The notes under the pieces: model-generated
The model's input: the letters and a program-made list of their open reading frames with translations, nothing else
Told to the model about the DNA's origin: nothing
Databases searched by the model: none
Made by a program: the position numbers and the translations under genes
Part shown: positions 12,036 through 24,763 of the stretch, piece by piece
Layout of the letters: each line of letters starts with the position of its first letter
Position numbering within the stretch: position 1 is the stretch's first letter
DNA from: Styela clava
Lineage: Eukaryota
DNA length: 64,000 nt
Direction: 5' to 3'
Assembly: GCF_964204865.1 (NCBI RefSeq)
Contig: NC_135260.1
Coordinates: 10,044,001-10,108,000, forward strand

Positions 12036-15000
12036 CTAATACTGGTGTCGTTGCGAATTTTGAATTGACATAATTAGTCTTTGTAGTTTCCTCATACGAT
12101 ATGCATCAGCTCGAGATTGTTGTCCAAATTTTCTCTCTTGCATTCGTCGTTTTTGAGTTTCTTCGCTCTTTTGTCTCAACCAACGTTTGTAAGCTTTGTC
12201 GCATTCTTTCCGATCTCTGTTTCCAAATTAACAGAAGAAAAGATTCAGTGAATTGAAATCAAAAAATTGAGTAAAAATTAGTAGTTAAAAATTTATAAGC
12301 CAAGTTTCTAACTCTCACTCAGCAGTGTGGCACATTGTGCTAAGCGTTAGGAATACGCTCGCTACCGCATCTCTGTGTGTGTACCCTGTGTGTGTTCGCA
12401 AGATTCATACTAACAAAATTTGGCATATGAGTATTTAAGTACCTGGAGGATACTTCATTATTACTAGGAACTTACATTTTAAGTTTAATTCAAAAGTATT
12501 GCCCGATTTTATATTGTGTTTTTGTTTTATTGTGTTTTGACTGTTTTTGGTGGATGAGCACGTACTTGTACGTTTTTAACTTTTTTATTAAGTTATGTCC
12601 GTTCTCCATGTCCTCTGTATTTTGTTTGTCCGTTTGTTGTTGTTTTGTGTTGTGTTTCTATCAGAGTGACCAAATAAAATTGATTGATTGATTGAAGAAA
12701 ACGACTCCGAGCATTGACAGGCAGGGGGAAAGGCAATGAGCGCTGGGCTTGAGAAACCCTGAACTAGCTGTTTGATTTTAACATCGATACATGAGCAAAG
12801 TTGTAATACCTTCGATACCATCCTCCATCAATTTCCAGTTGTCTTTGTTGTTCGACCAGTCGATCTTTTTTGGTTTGTTTTCTTTTTTCACTCAACCATA
12901 AGGCATAAGCTTCATCAGCTTCTTTTTTGGAATCCTGAATTGATTTGTATTCGAGATTCGAGTAATAAATGTGGATATTTAGATTACAGAAGTGTTCAAC
13001 CAAGAAAAGTACATAAGAACGTAAATGAATATACGGTAATAGCGCTCAATCATAATAGAATAATTTTTACAAGTTTGATTCGAAAAATAAAAGTTTATAC
13101 TAGAAGAATAGTTTATACTGTAAAGTGCACCGGGTTAAAAAGCGCACCATCAATAAATTGCTTAGATTGGGGTTTTGACCCAAGGTCATATGACGCAACC
13201 GGTACTGCTACTGGTTTTCAGTGTAAACAATAAAGCATGAAGCACTACCTGATCCACACATCAGGTGCATCAGCTTGTAAAGCGTAATTTTTGAGAAAAA
13301 TGGATTTAAAGTGCGCCTTATGGGCCATAAAATACCGTAGGTAAAATTTTACTCTTTAAAATTTTATAAAATTTATTATTTTACTGTAAAAGGGAAAAAT
13401 CTAATGAAAAACTTAAAATTAATAAAAGACAAAAATGAAGACAAATTTACAATTAAATATTCTTACATATTTAACTTTTTTCCTTTCCTTTTCTTCGTCT
13501 TCCAATCTTTTCCTTTCTTTCATTTCTTCGTCTTTCTTTTCAACCCAACATTTCCAGGCATATTCTGCATTTTGTTGGTTTTCTTCCTGTTTCTGTTTTT
13601 CTTGTGCTTTCTCCTCTTCCTCTCTCGCAGCTCGAGCTGCAGCACGTTTTTTCATTAATTCTTTCATTTCGGGAGACATTGCATATGGACTCTTAAATAT
13701 TACAATACAAGTCTAAATTACATTGGAAAGCAAATGATTCAATTTGTATTCAAAACAGAATTTTTTTCATAATTCACTCAAAATGAGGTCATGCACACTC
13801 ACTCAGAGTAAAGGAGACTGTTCTCTAAGCGAAATTACAGGTAAACACTTGAGTGATAAAACTGAAACTATGTGAAATTATGGGCTATGAGAGTGCATTA
13901 TGCATATGACTCATGTGGATAGGATAGGATAGGATAGGATTTACATATTTATCCCGGGGGAGAGGACCATCCCTGCATGGGATTCGAACCTGCGAACCCA
14001 TGCAGAGTAATTAGAGGTGCGGTGGCGAGCGTATTCCTAACGCTTAGCCCATTGAGCCACACCGCCGCGCCACGATGTGTGGCGCATCGTACCAAGCGTT
14101 AGGAATGCCACAGCACCTCTGATTACCCAGGGTGGGCTCGCTGGTTTGGAACCGGTGGGTGATCATAATGTGTGAGAGAATTGCTGTGGCTCGGCAGTGT
14201 GGTGCACCGTGCTAAGTGTTAGGAATACACTTGCCTTTGCACCTATGATTAACCTGCATGGGTTCTCAGATTCGATTCCTGTGTGGGATAATTATACGCA
14301 AGAAGATTGCTGAACTTTTCACCGTTGTAGCGTGGGTCACATGACCCATGATCGGTTACGATTTCCTCTACCATCAAGCCCATGCATCCGAAACAAAAAA
14401 CTGTTCAACCAACTAATTTCATACCCGGCATGGACTGGCAACAGGACGAGAGGTCGTGGTTCACCATATAATTATTAAGTCATCTTATCGGCTTTCCTCT
14501 TCCCAGGAATATATATATTTAATTCCTGTTCTGTAAAATCCTAGTAAGTTCTGATCCATGAGACTTGAATCAATTCAATAGGGTCAGGAAAACAGTTATA
14601 AAAAAGTGAATTCCACATAAAAAAAATGATATAGGGGTAACTAAAAAGAAAAGTTTGAATTATATTGTTGTTTATTACAACATTTTCAGAAGTCCAAGAG
14701 ACAAACATATCAATTCAAACTTATATATAGCATTCTTTTCAAAAAAAGGACTCATTCATTGTATTACAATTGAAATACCTGTTCATATGCTTTATTAACC
14801 ATTAGATGGGTAGAATTAGCTTTCGACTTTGTCAGGCAAAAACACTATTCCCAATATATTAAAAAATATTGATTCCTGCCAAGTCATTAGGGTTTGTTTT
14901 ATCAATAAACTATACTGCCAGAAACTGGCCATAAACTCCATTTTTATTGCCCTATTACATAAGAATCAATGTGTAACATAGGCTTAAACCTTGACATGAG

Positions 15001-18000
15001 AGATGAGCCCAAATTCCCAAACCATAAATCAATCAAAAATATCATTTGTTTGGTTTACACAGCCTACCCAAACAAAGTATGTTTGAGTATGGTGCTTCAA
15101 CAGCAATAAAACAAAAGCTGTGTCCAATAATTACAAGTAATTTGAGTCACTTGGTAAACATAATAGCAAGTCATCCTAGAAAGTAAACATGTGAGTTAAG
15201 GATTAATGGTAAACAATTCTTGGCAGAATTATCCAGATAAGATACATGTAGGATTTAAATATTTATCCCAAGAGAGAGGAAAGTCGATAAGATGACTCAA
15301 CCATATATTGTATTCCTAACACTTAGCACGATGCGCCACACCGCCGAGCCATTCTGTAAGTTTGCAAAAAATTTTTCTCTTTTTCATATGACTACCGTAT
15401 TTATCAGTAATATTTTTGTGACAACAACTTAAAAATAGAAAGAGTTGTAGATTCTTCAATAAATTTTTCTAATTGTTCAACTCATGCAAACTTCAGAAAT
15501 AAATAGGATTTGATTCACATCAGTGATTGTATTGGCCAAAAACATATCATCTCTCGAAACTCCGAACTAACTGTGTAAAAAATTTGAGAATAAAATTTGG
15601 TTCAAATTAAATTACCTTGAGATGAGAAAATTCATTTGATCTAGATGCAGATCCCGGTCTTGGTGTGGATTGATGGTTGCTCATATTTCGTGATTGTGAT
15701 ACAGGAGCAGAGTTTGGTCGTTTCTTCGGTTCTTGGAAACTTTTCGGAGACTGGTAACTTGTTGCAGGTTTTTCTGGAGTGAATTTAGTGCTCGACGGTG
15801 GATTAGAATTGATAGTTTGTTTATCAGAACTGCTTATAAGTTGAAATTTTCCGCCTCTTTCAACAACCATATCTTTGTCTTTACTTTCTTCATCTTCACT
15901 TGATGAACTTGAGCTTGAACTACTACTTGATTTTTTCTTTGATACCGAGACAGATTTGCTGAAATTCACAACACATCTTCATTTAGCTTAGTGTGATACA
16001 AATTCGGTCTAACAGAAAACATAAGCAATGTAAATATTTATATCCAATATGATGCTGTCACTTTTAAATTTGTGTCTTTTGCTAGATTTATTACTATGGA
16101 TGAATAATTTATAAGTGAGGTCTAAATTTTGCTGCACACATAAACTACAAGTTTGATATGTGCTAACAAGTTTGGGCGCTCCTGTAGTATGTGCACCAAG
16201 ATGTCGCACAACCTGAACCAAAGCAGGTACACTTACTATGTTCAGGTTGTGCGCCATCTTGGTGCACATACTTCTGGAGCTCCCGAGTTTGAAATTACTG
16301 CTTGACAGCAGCCATCGAGAATGCACACAACTGCTGGTGCAGATTGTTTTCAATACGAAGTTTGCTGAAAATCTTAGTTTACATGTTTCTGTGCTCAGAT
16401 ATTTGTCATTGTTTATCAAAAACCAGAAAAGATTTCTGAATCTTGCAATTGCATTATGTTGTACATTCTGAACGACGCCAGGATTAAGTAAAATTAATTG
16501 ACAAAAAGGAGGCTGGACAATTTATATATAAGCACAAAACACTCGCTGCATTCTCTTTCCCCTTTAATGGCACACCACGACACCAGTGTGACGCGACACA
16601 CAGTTTGGGAACGTCTAGCTAGAGTATTTGAATCAAATCCAGAATACCGAATCCTATTCTATTTTTTAATGATTTTGAAAATAGTTCAATTCTTCCACGA
16701 CATTAAAATTTCAGATTGAAATTTCTAAGCAAAATAGTAAAATCATTTTAGTGTCTTTGTATTTAAATGAAAATATCCTGAACATTGAATGTTATTTGAA
16801 GCCAAACAGGCAACAAAGACAATACATTTGCTGTGATATATAAAGTTTTAATTCAAATGAAATTCGAAAAGAAATGCTGATGTTTTTGATATTTAAATAT
16901 TCAGACAATGAGAAATTGTTAGTTGGGGTTACACCTAAACACACACAAATAAAATATAATACATGATACCTTGTTTCATCCTCTGAATCACTAGAAGAAG
17001 AAGAAGAAGCGCTACTATAATCATAAGGAGGAGCTTCAACATCGACTAATTTTTTCTTGAACATAACTTTAACTTCACGAGATGAATCGCTATCATCAAT
17101 TTTCTCTAAATCAGCATTTGCCTTTAAAAGAATAACATAAAAAGGAATTCAATTGGTTGATTTCCTGATTTTTTTGGTAACTATTCAAGGATAAGATATA
17201 GATATTTATCAAGGAGTAGAAGAAGCAGATAAGATGGCTTAATCATGTGGCGAACCATGGCCTCTCGTCTGTTTACCAGTCCACGTCGCCTGTCGAGTAT
17301 GGAATCAGTCAGTTATTTGTTTGAGATTCATGGACTTGATTGTAGCGGAGGCCGTAACCATCCAGTAGTTTCGTCAAGCACCCTACAGCGGCCAGGAGTC
17401 CGGCAACCCTCTTGCACAAAATTATCCCCACTGGATTCGAACCTACGAACACACGCAGGGTAATCAGAGGTGCAGTGGCAAGCGTATTCCTTACACTTAG
17501 CACAATGTGCCACACAGCCCAGCTTATGCTGTACTGCCAAAGAGTGAACAGATGACAATATTAAATCATTTTTTAGCCTATGCATTAGTATTGTTTTCGG
17601 ACAAAACGATTGGGCCGGCCTATGTAACACACCTTTTCCTACTATAATTATACCCCAGTAGTCGAACAACTCGACATTTCAACAATGGGTTAGTCGACCA
17701 AAAAAATGAATGTCAAAAATGCTGCGATACTCGAACGGATATTTGGAGCTCAAACAGCTGAGCCTAGCGCATGGCCGAATGAGATGACGTCACCCGAACC
17801 GAAATTAAGTTTGATTACTGAGGCATCTACTGTACCTTGATTGTTAACTTAACCTGAACTGCCTATTAGATCTGGCAAGTAAAAGCGAATTCGGACTTCA
17901 GTTGCAATGAAATGGTTAAAACTGTTTCAAACAATGAGACATTGTCGCAGCAAACACTAGCAGTGATGATTACCGTATATACTAAAATGTAGTTGGGGCA

Positions 18001-20155
18001 ACTCACTTTAACAGCCATCCGCATTTTAGGCCAATAGAAGCCCCGGCTATAAAATTAAGCGCTTTTAAGCTTTCAAAACTTAGTACTTAGCGCCATTGGT
18101 TAGGCAATGCTAAATTAAAAAGTCTTTATAAAAATTGTATTTTCGAACGAAAAATGAAAGTGGAGAGAATATAAAATGAACACCATTGTATCAAAACTTA
18201 ATACCAAAATTATAGAGTCAAATTTTGGCATGTTTTCACTGTTTCACTTCAAAAATTTTCAGGGGTCAGAGCCAAAACTTTTCCTAATCTGGAGTTGATT
18301 CAAATTTTACCCCAATTCAACAGCCCTAACTCGTAAGACTGTTTGCGATGTGTGGTAACAGATATATAATCCCATTCGATTCAAACACCTTTCTTTAAAA
18401 GATCCTAACCTGACAACTAATTTTATAAAAGTTAATAAGAAATAGTATAACCTTCTCTAGTTTATACTTGAGGTCATATTCTTCTCTGTCTGATGCATCA
18501 TTGAGTAGAGTATTTCTCTCGAGTATTTCTCTTTCAACAGGAGTTAAACCATCATCCTCATCATCTGTGTCTGTATCTGTGTGATGAGTATTGTCTAGAA
18601 AGCAAATAAGTCAATGAAATTTAGGAAAGAATGAATATACATAGAATTTTATACAGAATTTTATACAGGCGGTGTCGCGCATTGTGCTAGGCGTTAGGAA
18701 TACACTTATCACCGCACCTCTGACTACACTGCATAAGTTCACAGGTTCGAATCCGTGTCACTGTAGCGCGCTGGCCGGCTACGGCTTCTTCCACCATCAA
18801 GTCCATGCTTCCAAAAATGAATACCTAATCCCATACCCGACATGGATTGATAACTGGACTGAGAGGCTGTGGTTTGCCATGTGATAAAGCCATCTTATCC
18901 TCTTTCCCAGGATAAATTTCCCTAAATATAACTATCCCAACAGTTGCTTATTTGAACACGGTCATCCTAGTCTATAGCAATATCCAGTGGTAGGATTTGG
19001 GAAAGCCCAATATTTGGATGTTGTGATAATCAGCATTTCGATCTTGTTTTTACAGCTATGAGATCTAGGTCATCTTTTAAGAAGATTGTTCTACTGCAAG
19101 ATGAAAGTCTTAGTGTAAAGCTGGTTCCTATTCATATACGTTCTCGACCACATTCATTAATTGAAAATCTTCAAGTGAGCAACTTATAAAAGACAGAAAA
19201 GCAATATATTACTTTCTTACCGTCATTGGCTGGTTTCTGAGGTGCGGGAGGCTTTGGATCTGCCAATTCTTTTTCACTTGTGTCAGGTTTCTATCAAATA
19301 AATAAATAATTAGTTGATTAATGATGATGTTAGTAGGTGGCTTGTGCAGCATATCTTTATTAGGACTTGAATATTTGTATCATTTTCATACAGAAAATTT
19401 GTTCAATTTGATGTTATATTATCAAAGCATGTTTAAGGCAAAAGTTATGTTTAAATGTGAACTGTGATGATTCCAGGGTAAAACGATCGGGTCTCGTGTA
19501 GTTTCGTACCTAACATACTTCTAGTAGGCGTAGCATAACAATTTTTTGATATGTCAATCCTAACCCCCATCTGACTACGCCATCCAAAAATTACATCACT
19601 ACGACATCACAATCACGTCATAGAGCTTGCCAAATATATGTACAATTGCCCGAAATGGCATCGGCGCCAACGATAAAGAACTGACTGACATTATCGATCT
19701 CTCTCTTATTGGAATCGTTGCGACGAGAAAACGAGAAAAATAACTGTTCGATTTCGGGTGCTCGTTTGCGCGTCTTGGATGGCAGTTCGTATAGTTTGAA
19801 GGGCTCTATTACGTCACTGTGACGCCGTGTTGACGTAATTTTTGAATGGCGTAGTCAGGTGGGGGTTAGGATTGATATATAAAAAATTGCCATGCTACGC
19901 CCACTAGAACTAGAAGTATATTAGGTACGAAACTACATGAGACCCCTAATACAGTAATATGGACATACAGACATAAATAGTTAGAGTTATTGAACGTATA
20001 TCATTACAGTTAACTCAACAAATTTCGTGCATTTCTGGATTCAGAATTACACGTGACTGCATGTAGAGAACATAGATTTAAAATCTCACCGATTCTGAAA
20101 CATCTGCGTCATCCTCGATCAACCACTCTAAATCGTCATCAATATTTTCGGACAT
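12036..20155 (-). CDS. CCDC181: Coiled-coil domain-containing protein 181 homolog, 8 exons, 434 aa
   Basis: Exons 20155-20090, 19290-19221, 18594-18452, 17121-16970, 15958-15616, 13691-13467, 12934-12810 and 12216-12036 total 1305 nt with consistent phases. Motifs recalled from CCDC181: DDDLEWLI, VMFKKKLVDVEAPP, VVERGGKFQLI, KSPYAMSP, AWKCWVEKK, AYALWLSEK, ECDKAYKRWLRQK. Confidence 0.9.
12317..12408 (+). mobile_element. tRNA-derived SINE, 5' fragment
   Basis: CAGTGTGGCACATTGTGCTAAGCGTTAGGAATACGCTCGC head matches the six other copies. Confidence 0.75.
13032..13339. mobile_element. Degenerate pogo/Tigger-like MITE
   Basis: TACGGTAAT...AATACCGTA termini with GTGCGCCTTAT subterminal motif; the left TIR is decayed. 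Confidence 0.4.
13917..14071 (-). mobile_element. tRNA-derived SINE, internally deleted, with (ATCCT)n tail
   Basis: On the minus strand: A box TGGCTCAATGG, B box GGTTCGAATCC and a 3' ATCCT microsatellite. Confidence 0.85.
14072..14186 (+). mobile_element. tRNA-derived SINE, 5' part
   Basis: GTGTGGCGCATCGTACCAAGCGTTAGGAAT head, directly head-to-head with the minus-strand copy. Confidence 0.75.
14188..14535 (+). mobile_element. tRNA-derived SINE, near full length (about 350 bp)
   Basis: GGCTCGGCAGTGTGG head, B-box-like GATTCGATTCC, and a body collinear with 17188-17523 and 18668-18920. Confidence 0.85.
15249..15350 (-). mobile_element. tRNA-derived SINE, head fused to tail by internal deletion
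   Basis: Head (GGCTCGGCGGTGTGGCGCATCGTGCTAAG) is joined directly to the 3' CATCTTATCGACTTTCCTCT segment. Confidence 0.8.
16175..16283. mobile_element. GG-terminal MITE, short form, 8-bp TSD
   Basis: Near-palindromic 109 bp. Flanks CAAGTTTG/CGAGTTTG. Confidence 0.85.
17188..17523 (-). mobile_element. tRNA-derived SINE, near full length
   Basis: Reverse complement aligns with 14188-14535 and has a B box GGTTCGAATCC. Confidence 0.85.
17652..17805. repeat. Dispersed repeat fragment; reverse-complement partner at about 51010-51170
   Basis: Shared core TAGTCGACCAAAAAAA..GTCAAAAAT.CTGCG.TACTCGAACGGA. Confidence 0.65.
18668..18920 (+). mobile_element. tRNA-derived SINE
   Basis: Head, B box GGTTCGAATCC and 3' body, with a small internal deletion. 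Confidence 0.85.
19489..19945. mobile_element. Foldback-type MITE with long imperfect TIRs in CCDC181 intron 1
   Basis: Termini GGGTCTCGTGTAGTTTCGTACCTAA and TTAGGTACGAAACTACATGAGACCC. Complementarity extends about 150 bp inward. No TSD was found. Confidence 0.8.
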
Positions 20156-20762
20156 ATTCCCACTTTCAGTCGTTTTCGGGGGTCCAAATATGGCTATATT
20201 TCCAAATTATATAAAACCTCGACAAACCGCCTCGAGTGACCGCCTAGGCTAGTAATGGACCTCGTCAAGTGATTCAGCAGCACCAAAGTGACTATAACAG
20301 CAGCACGAAGCGCTGCGCTTTATTGTCTCCAATGACAGCAATGTTTTTACATGCTCCAATACGTATAGTAATTTGTGGGTAATTTCGAACAAAATGCGAT
20401 TGTTGTATGTTGCAGTTGTTCCCCCGAGGCAACAACTTTTGAACTGTTTTCTATACGAAATTACTGGGTGAAAATAACGTGAAATTATATATAAAATATC
20501 TTTATAATTGAACTTAGTGCGTCCACGGGTACTTATAAATCTCAGATTTGAAGCCACCCTGCGGCTATAAAATTGGGACGAATAAATTAGGCCCTACATC
20601 ATTAATATTATGGCAATTAGTATGGAGAACGCCCATTTCTTTATGACTGATATCGACCATTCATATTGATTTATACATATCCTATAATTAAATTTACTGA
20701 ATCGAATATCAATTTATTACCGAAATCATGTAAATGAGACTTGGATTCTTATTTTTCACCTA

Positions 20763-21035
20763 CCGTGTTTCCCCGAAAATAAGACCCAGCCTGAATTTTA
20801 AAAATGATTTTAACCCCCCCCCCTCTTAAAGTAGGACAGTAGGACCTAGTCGATAGCGCACAATTTTTTTTGACCTAGTCGATAACAAGAAATCTTTCCT
20901 ACTCGTTTTAAAGGAATAATATTCTATGTTTAGTTGTTATTTTTAATAAAAACGAATGAAAATATAAGACATTTTCTCAAAATTTTTCGAGAGAAAATTT
21001 AAATGAGAAACTGTCTTATTTCCGGGGAAATACGG
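20763..21035. mobile_element. pogo/Tigger-like (Tc1-mariner) MITE, TA TSD
   Basis: TA|CCGTGTTTCCCCGAAAATAAGAC ... GTCTTATTTCCGGGGAAATACGG|TA. Confidence 0.85.
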
Positions 21036-23841
21036 TAAAAAGCTTATTAGCACTATTATGGGGGTGTTCATCTCACTAGCGCCTGCGTTGGAAACAATGC
21101 GAGACTGCAGGCGATGGTTTTGTGGATAATTCTGTTGTGCGTTTCTTATCTGTTACAGTGGTTGAACGTATTTATAGGGATAATAAGACACAACTAATGT
21201 TTTGCCATTGTTATTAACTTCTCGATTTCAAGTGTCTCTAAGATCTGAAAACTTGAAATAGCTTTCTCTATCAGGTAGGCTATGGGAGAAAACGATTTTT
21301 CCAACACCAACAACCTCCAAAAACAACAAGAATTTAGCAAACAATCTATATGAACAACCCGTGAAAAATAAACATCAAGGAAGTTCATACCCGTGGATAG
21401 ATCCATTACATTGTGATCTGTTTAGTTGTTATTAGGGCGATTGGTGAACAGCACTGCGTAGCCGTTTTACCATTGCCCCTATGTTTGTGCTCAATTTTAT
21501 CATGAATTTAATCATGACATGATTTTTACAATAACGACATTCTTTTCATCAAGTTTATGGGCTTCGAATACCTGTCTGTTTAATAAAATAACACAACAGT
21601 ATAACCTTGTGAGAGTAGTTAATATTTGAACACTCAACTCGGGCAGAATTCGGACATAAATCAGATAAAGCCGATAGTTTGGGCTCGTGTTCGAAGAAAA
21701 TGTTGTTTTTTACTCATACCATACTCGAAACTGAACAAAACCGAAGAGACTATTGCGAAAATTCATTGAGAAAATAGTTTTTATATTTATCTCATAAATT
21801 TAAAGTAAAATGTACTTAATAAATAAACCCCAGATAAATAAACCCTGGTATTATGTCCTTCAATATATATGAGTTTGTCCTTCGGGGCACACGCATAATT
21901 TTATCGAATTCAAACGCGGTAAAATTCTTAAACAGCATAGTTTCTCGTTTACTGTTTATATAGTAGTTTGCAATAATTGATTCGGAAGTCGGTATTTCAT
22001 CCCACGCATCAAAAACATAGTGATTTTATGTCATGTAGAAAGTGACGCAATTTTAATAAAATATATATAACATAAAGATCCAATACCGATCAAACGGAAC
22101 GATGGCTTTTTCCGGTACACATAAATTGTTCGTGACACGTATAAATCATTTACATTTGACTCAAATGAGATATATGTATGAAATAATTCACGCAATTTCG
22201 AACTATCAATTCCAAAATCGTTAAATCTCTAGCGATCAATCTAGTCGATGTCTATATAAAATTAATTCCATATATGGACACATATTTGATAATTTCCAAC
22301 TAAACCCATTACTCAATCATTACATGACGGCCATATTATTCGTGTTCGACTTTACATTTATCGAACTACTGCGCTTAGATGATCATCGTAGCGAGGCAAG
22401 ATAACACATAGTGATGAAAGGGCGTTGAAAAAATAAATATTATCATAATGGTTTGATGGTGGATTTCTTAATGACTTTTATTTGAATATATATATATATA
22501 TTTATAATGATGTGGTTGAATTTGAGACATATAACGATGATAAAAACCAATGACTTCAATGGATAATAGAAAAAAAATTCATTTTGTCGATTCAGTAAAA
22601 TATTTTTCATTATTCACTTAGCCACTTTTAAATATATGTATATCCCGAAGATTGTATGTGGAACGATTATCAATTATTATAATGTAAAAGCGATATACCG
22701 GTAATCATAAAAAGTGAACAACCGTAAGTATAAAATTCAAGCCTTCGTCATATTTAAGCAGTGTGTGGGAGGTGATTTTCCACTTTTGGTTTTTTTACTA
22801 TTCAATTTCTAATTTACTTTATGTTAAAAAGCAAATGTATTGTTGAGTTATATTACCTACATCAGTCAATCTGGAAATACCAATATTTTATGGGCCACAA
22901 GTTATCCACAAAAAATCAAAGTAAGAAGAAAAAAATCAAAAGATTACTTTTTATTCATTTATTTGTTTGTGTGTATGGGTGGTCGGACACGTTCAAGAAT
23001 ATCCCTGACTTTGTCGATTTCAAGTCATTGTCGCACACGTTTGTTTCGAAATATATTTTTGATGTTTAGTTGTTTGTTTTTTCTTTTAATCCCGGAACAA
23101 AATGTCATCATTCATATTTCATATTTCACAATAAGTAAAAATCTTTCGTAATGTTAAAATAACGCTTGGAAATTTTATTTACTTTTTTGATATTCCCCTG
23201 TATATTTCAACTTCTATGGTAAAAACGAAACGATCAATTGTTTTTTTTGTCTGTTTTCCATTCCTATTTTAAATTGATTTATATTTAAATGATGCAATGT
23301 TCGATTGAATTCATTTGCTCTAAAAATAGTCTTGCGTTCCCACATGCAAGTTTACATTAACAATATGTGACATACCAACCTTTCACTTGGTTTACTTTCG
23401 AATCACACTTTTCTTAAAATATCAATACCAAGTATATATTGAAAAAATTAATTTTAAAGTTAGTTTCGTATCGTCAACCACCCAATTGCTGATATAGAAC
23501 AGCTGATACTTGATATCAAACGTTCATTAATTACACAAATTGTAATTTAACCAATAATAAAATTTAATGAGAGTGTAAAATTTTACCATCCAAATGGTAT
23601 TCTTTAAAAATTAAATATAGTCACCAAAAAGCGTAGGATATCTTATTTTAATGACGATCATGTAAATAAAATGAGTTTGCTTTCACCGAAAAAATATCTT
23701 GAAGTTCCGGTACAACATACGCATCCAACATCTAAGTCAGAAACATCATTTAAACCGACCCGTTTAGTTGCTGGATTGCCATTAAATTTAATGTAGATTC
23801 AAACATTAGAGTGGTCGTATGCATTTCCTTTCGCATATTCA

Positions 23842-24734
23842 TGGATTTCCCTGGAAATTGCCCAAGAAATTGCAATGAGCAAAATTCTCTTGTTCATTTA
23901 ACCTTCCAACTGATGGAGTTTCTCGGGATACGCAATGTATGCGAATATCGGAAAGATTTCCATATACTGGAACTTTACTTTTGGTTCATGTGAATAAAAT
24001 GGGCTCACGTTTATCTCGTTTGCGGGGAAAACTTTACTTTCCGGTACAAATATTTTTTTTATATTGTACGTTAAAATAATTGTAGAATATCACGTTCGTG
24101 AACTCGACCAACACAAAAAAAAAATATACTGCAGGAAATTCAATTGTCATTAATGTCAAAACGCTATTCATATTTTTAAATGACCCGTGGAATAGACGCC
24201 AGATGTTGTTATTAGATCTGTCATAAAAGCTAAACGGACTATGTTTAACATATAATGTTATTTTGTTTGAGTTGCGACAATAAATTTGAACAGGTAACAA
24301 AAAGTACCCTCGGTTGTCACTCAATAGGTATTATTATGGGACAGTACTGGGTAAGCGTATCAAATCACGTTTTGATGAATATTTTTTGTCGTTAATGCCA
24401 ATGGTACTAAGACATAAAAGTCATTGAAATTTATATTTTCTAAAGTAATAAATATTCCGAATTCAGAATTGCCATATACTGGTAATTAATCCATAAATCT
24501 CTCTTTTTATGGTTTCATTGAAATAACAAATAATAAAATCCGGTAGGGAAACTTGATTTAGGCTAAGAAGAAAGTGTTTGGAATTCAGACAATGTCTACT
24601 GCTTCCTCATCTTCGTGTATATATATTCGTGTATTCCACAAAAACTCAAACCTATTATTATTATTTGGTAAAGCGATCGCTGATAATTATACTTAACGCA
24701 TTGTTAAATACCGGAAATTTATTACGTGTATAAA
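23842..24734 (+). promoter_or_regulatory. Putative inducible promoter/enhancer of the IL-17-like gene (kappaB-like cluster plus TATA)
   Basis: TGGATTTCCC at 23842-23851, GGAAATTGCCC at 23853-23863, GGAAAGATTTCC at 23950-23961, GGAAATTT at 24713-24720 and TATAAA at 24729-24734. Motif evidence only. Confidence 0.4.
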
Positions 24735-24763
24735 TTCCTCTCATCATAAAAACGATTGAAGAT

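Noticed and set aside
12772-13716. Plus-strand ORFs of 153, 84 and 93 aa
   Set aside because: They are antisense shadows of CCDC181 coiled-coil exons plus MITE sequence.
13960-14071. tRNA gene (A and B boxes present)
   Set aside because: No proper cloverleaf; it is one of seven diverged copies with a shared non-tRNA body, so it is a SINE.
20320-20435. RFX X-box motifs upstream of CCDC181
   Set aside because: Plausible for a ciliary gene, but both candidates deviate in spacing or half-site.
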